The translations under genes and the position numbers were made by a program. A model generated the notes under the pieces. It worked only from the letters and a program-made list of their open reading frames with translations. It searched no databases and was not told the DNA's origin. Positions 31,595 through 32,000 of a DNA stretch of 32,000 nucleotides are shown here, piece by piece. The stretch lies in NCBI GenBank assembly GCA_963718915.1, contig CAVRAI010000004.1, positions 330,001-362,000 on the forward strand. The letters are read 5' to 3'. The DNA comes from an uncultured Chloroflexia bacterium (lineage in GTDB: Bacteria > Chloroflexota > Ktedonobacteria > Ktedonobacterales > JADMIN01). Each line of letters begins with the position of its first letter. Within the stretch, counting starts at the first letter, position 1.

Positions 31595-31802
31595 ACCATG
31601 ATGCCCTTTCACATGATCGAGGGGTGCACAAGACGCTCCCCATACTCTAACGGACAAAGCTGACACTTTGCATTACATGCATAGAGAGCGTGCCATATTT
31701 GTGGGCATGAAGCAACCCCCCAAAGCGCGTGAGTGGGCTACGCAGATTCAGGTACGGCGGCAGGCCGTGCGCATGGGATCGCTGAAGTGGGCTATTAGGC
31801 CA

Positions 31803-32000
31803 TTATGGCCGTAGCCACCGCTCGCCGTAGGCGCGTAGCGCCGCGACCACAGCCACCGCGTCGCGCCCTTTTGGGGTCAGCGCGTATTCGACGCGGGGTG
31901 GTATCTCGGCGTAAATGTGGCGTGTGACTAGACCTTCATCCACCATTTTGCGCAGTCGGTCGGTGAGCACGCGCGGACTGATGCCGGTGGATGCCTGAAG
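31803..32000 (-). CDS. HxlR-family winged-helix transcriptional regulator; C-terminal 65 aa, 5' end lies beyond the window
   Basis: Not in the ORF track (edge). The reverse strand reads ...LQASTGISPRVLTDRLRKMVDEGLVTRHIYAEIPPRVEYALTPKGRDAVAVVAALRAYGERWLRP*. The I-S-x-x-x-L-x-x-R-L...P-P-R-V-E-Y-x-L-T-x-x-G pattern is diagnostic of HxlR. The stop is the complement of 31803-31805. Confidence 0.8.
   Translation of the reverse strand, partial: LQASTGISPRVLTDRLRKMVDEGLVTRHIYAEIPPRVEYALTPKGRDAVAVVAALRAYGERWLRP

Noticed and set aside
1-32000. Search for tRNA, rRNA, integrase/transposase or prophage genes
   Set aside because: No T-loop (GGTTCGAATCC-like) cloverleaf candidates, no rRNA-like conserved stretches, and no recombinase or phage structural motifs were recognised in any frame. 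The window appears to be ordinary chromosome rather than an identifiable mobile island.

Overview
GC-rich (about 60% by eye) bacterial chromosomal segment. I support about 28 protein-coding genes and found no rRNA, tRNA, CRISPR array, transposase or integrase. All domain calls come from reading motifs by eye; no HMM or BLAST search was run. The gene content is consistent with a Chloroflexota/Ktedonobacteria-like or actinobacteria-like organism: F420 enzymes, many Zn-ribbon or Pro/Thr-linker membrane proteins, and Ser/Thr kinase plus FHA signalling. That placement is inference only.

Layout:
- 1-2388 (-): F420 cluster with partial cofD, a PPOX-class enzyme and an LLM-class F420 enzyme.
- 2604-8818: uncharacterised membrane-signalling neighbourhood. 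It holds two paralogous 2-TM proteins flanking an orphan OmpR-type wHTH, a transglutaminase-like ectoprotein, a 4-TM dual-FHA protein and a Zn-ribbon membrane protein.
- 8922-12938 (-): a TPR protein, then argD and argJ.
- 13213-17302: a multipass membrane protein, a receptor Ser/Thr kinase, and a divergently transcribed TIR-FGE(SUMF1)-like fusion.
- 17557-19803 (+): enoyl-CoA hydratase and thiolase, flanked by REP-like hairpin repeats.
- 19986-21591: tandem DUF2231 paralogs (the first is truncated) and marR.
- 21994-26638 (+): def and miaB (overlapping ATGA), a TPR protein with an acidic tail, a possible 39-aa basic ORF, and a PucR-type regulator.
- 27368-32000: a GT39/PMT-like glycosyltransferase next to Pro/Thr-linker membrane proteins, a small PLDc_N-like membrane protein, and a partial HxlR regulator.

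The best candidate for something new is the TIR-FGE-like single-gene sensor/effector at 16103-17302, together with its divergent receptor kinase. Next are the transglutaminase-like/dual-FHA pair and the 2-TM/orphan-wHTH module.
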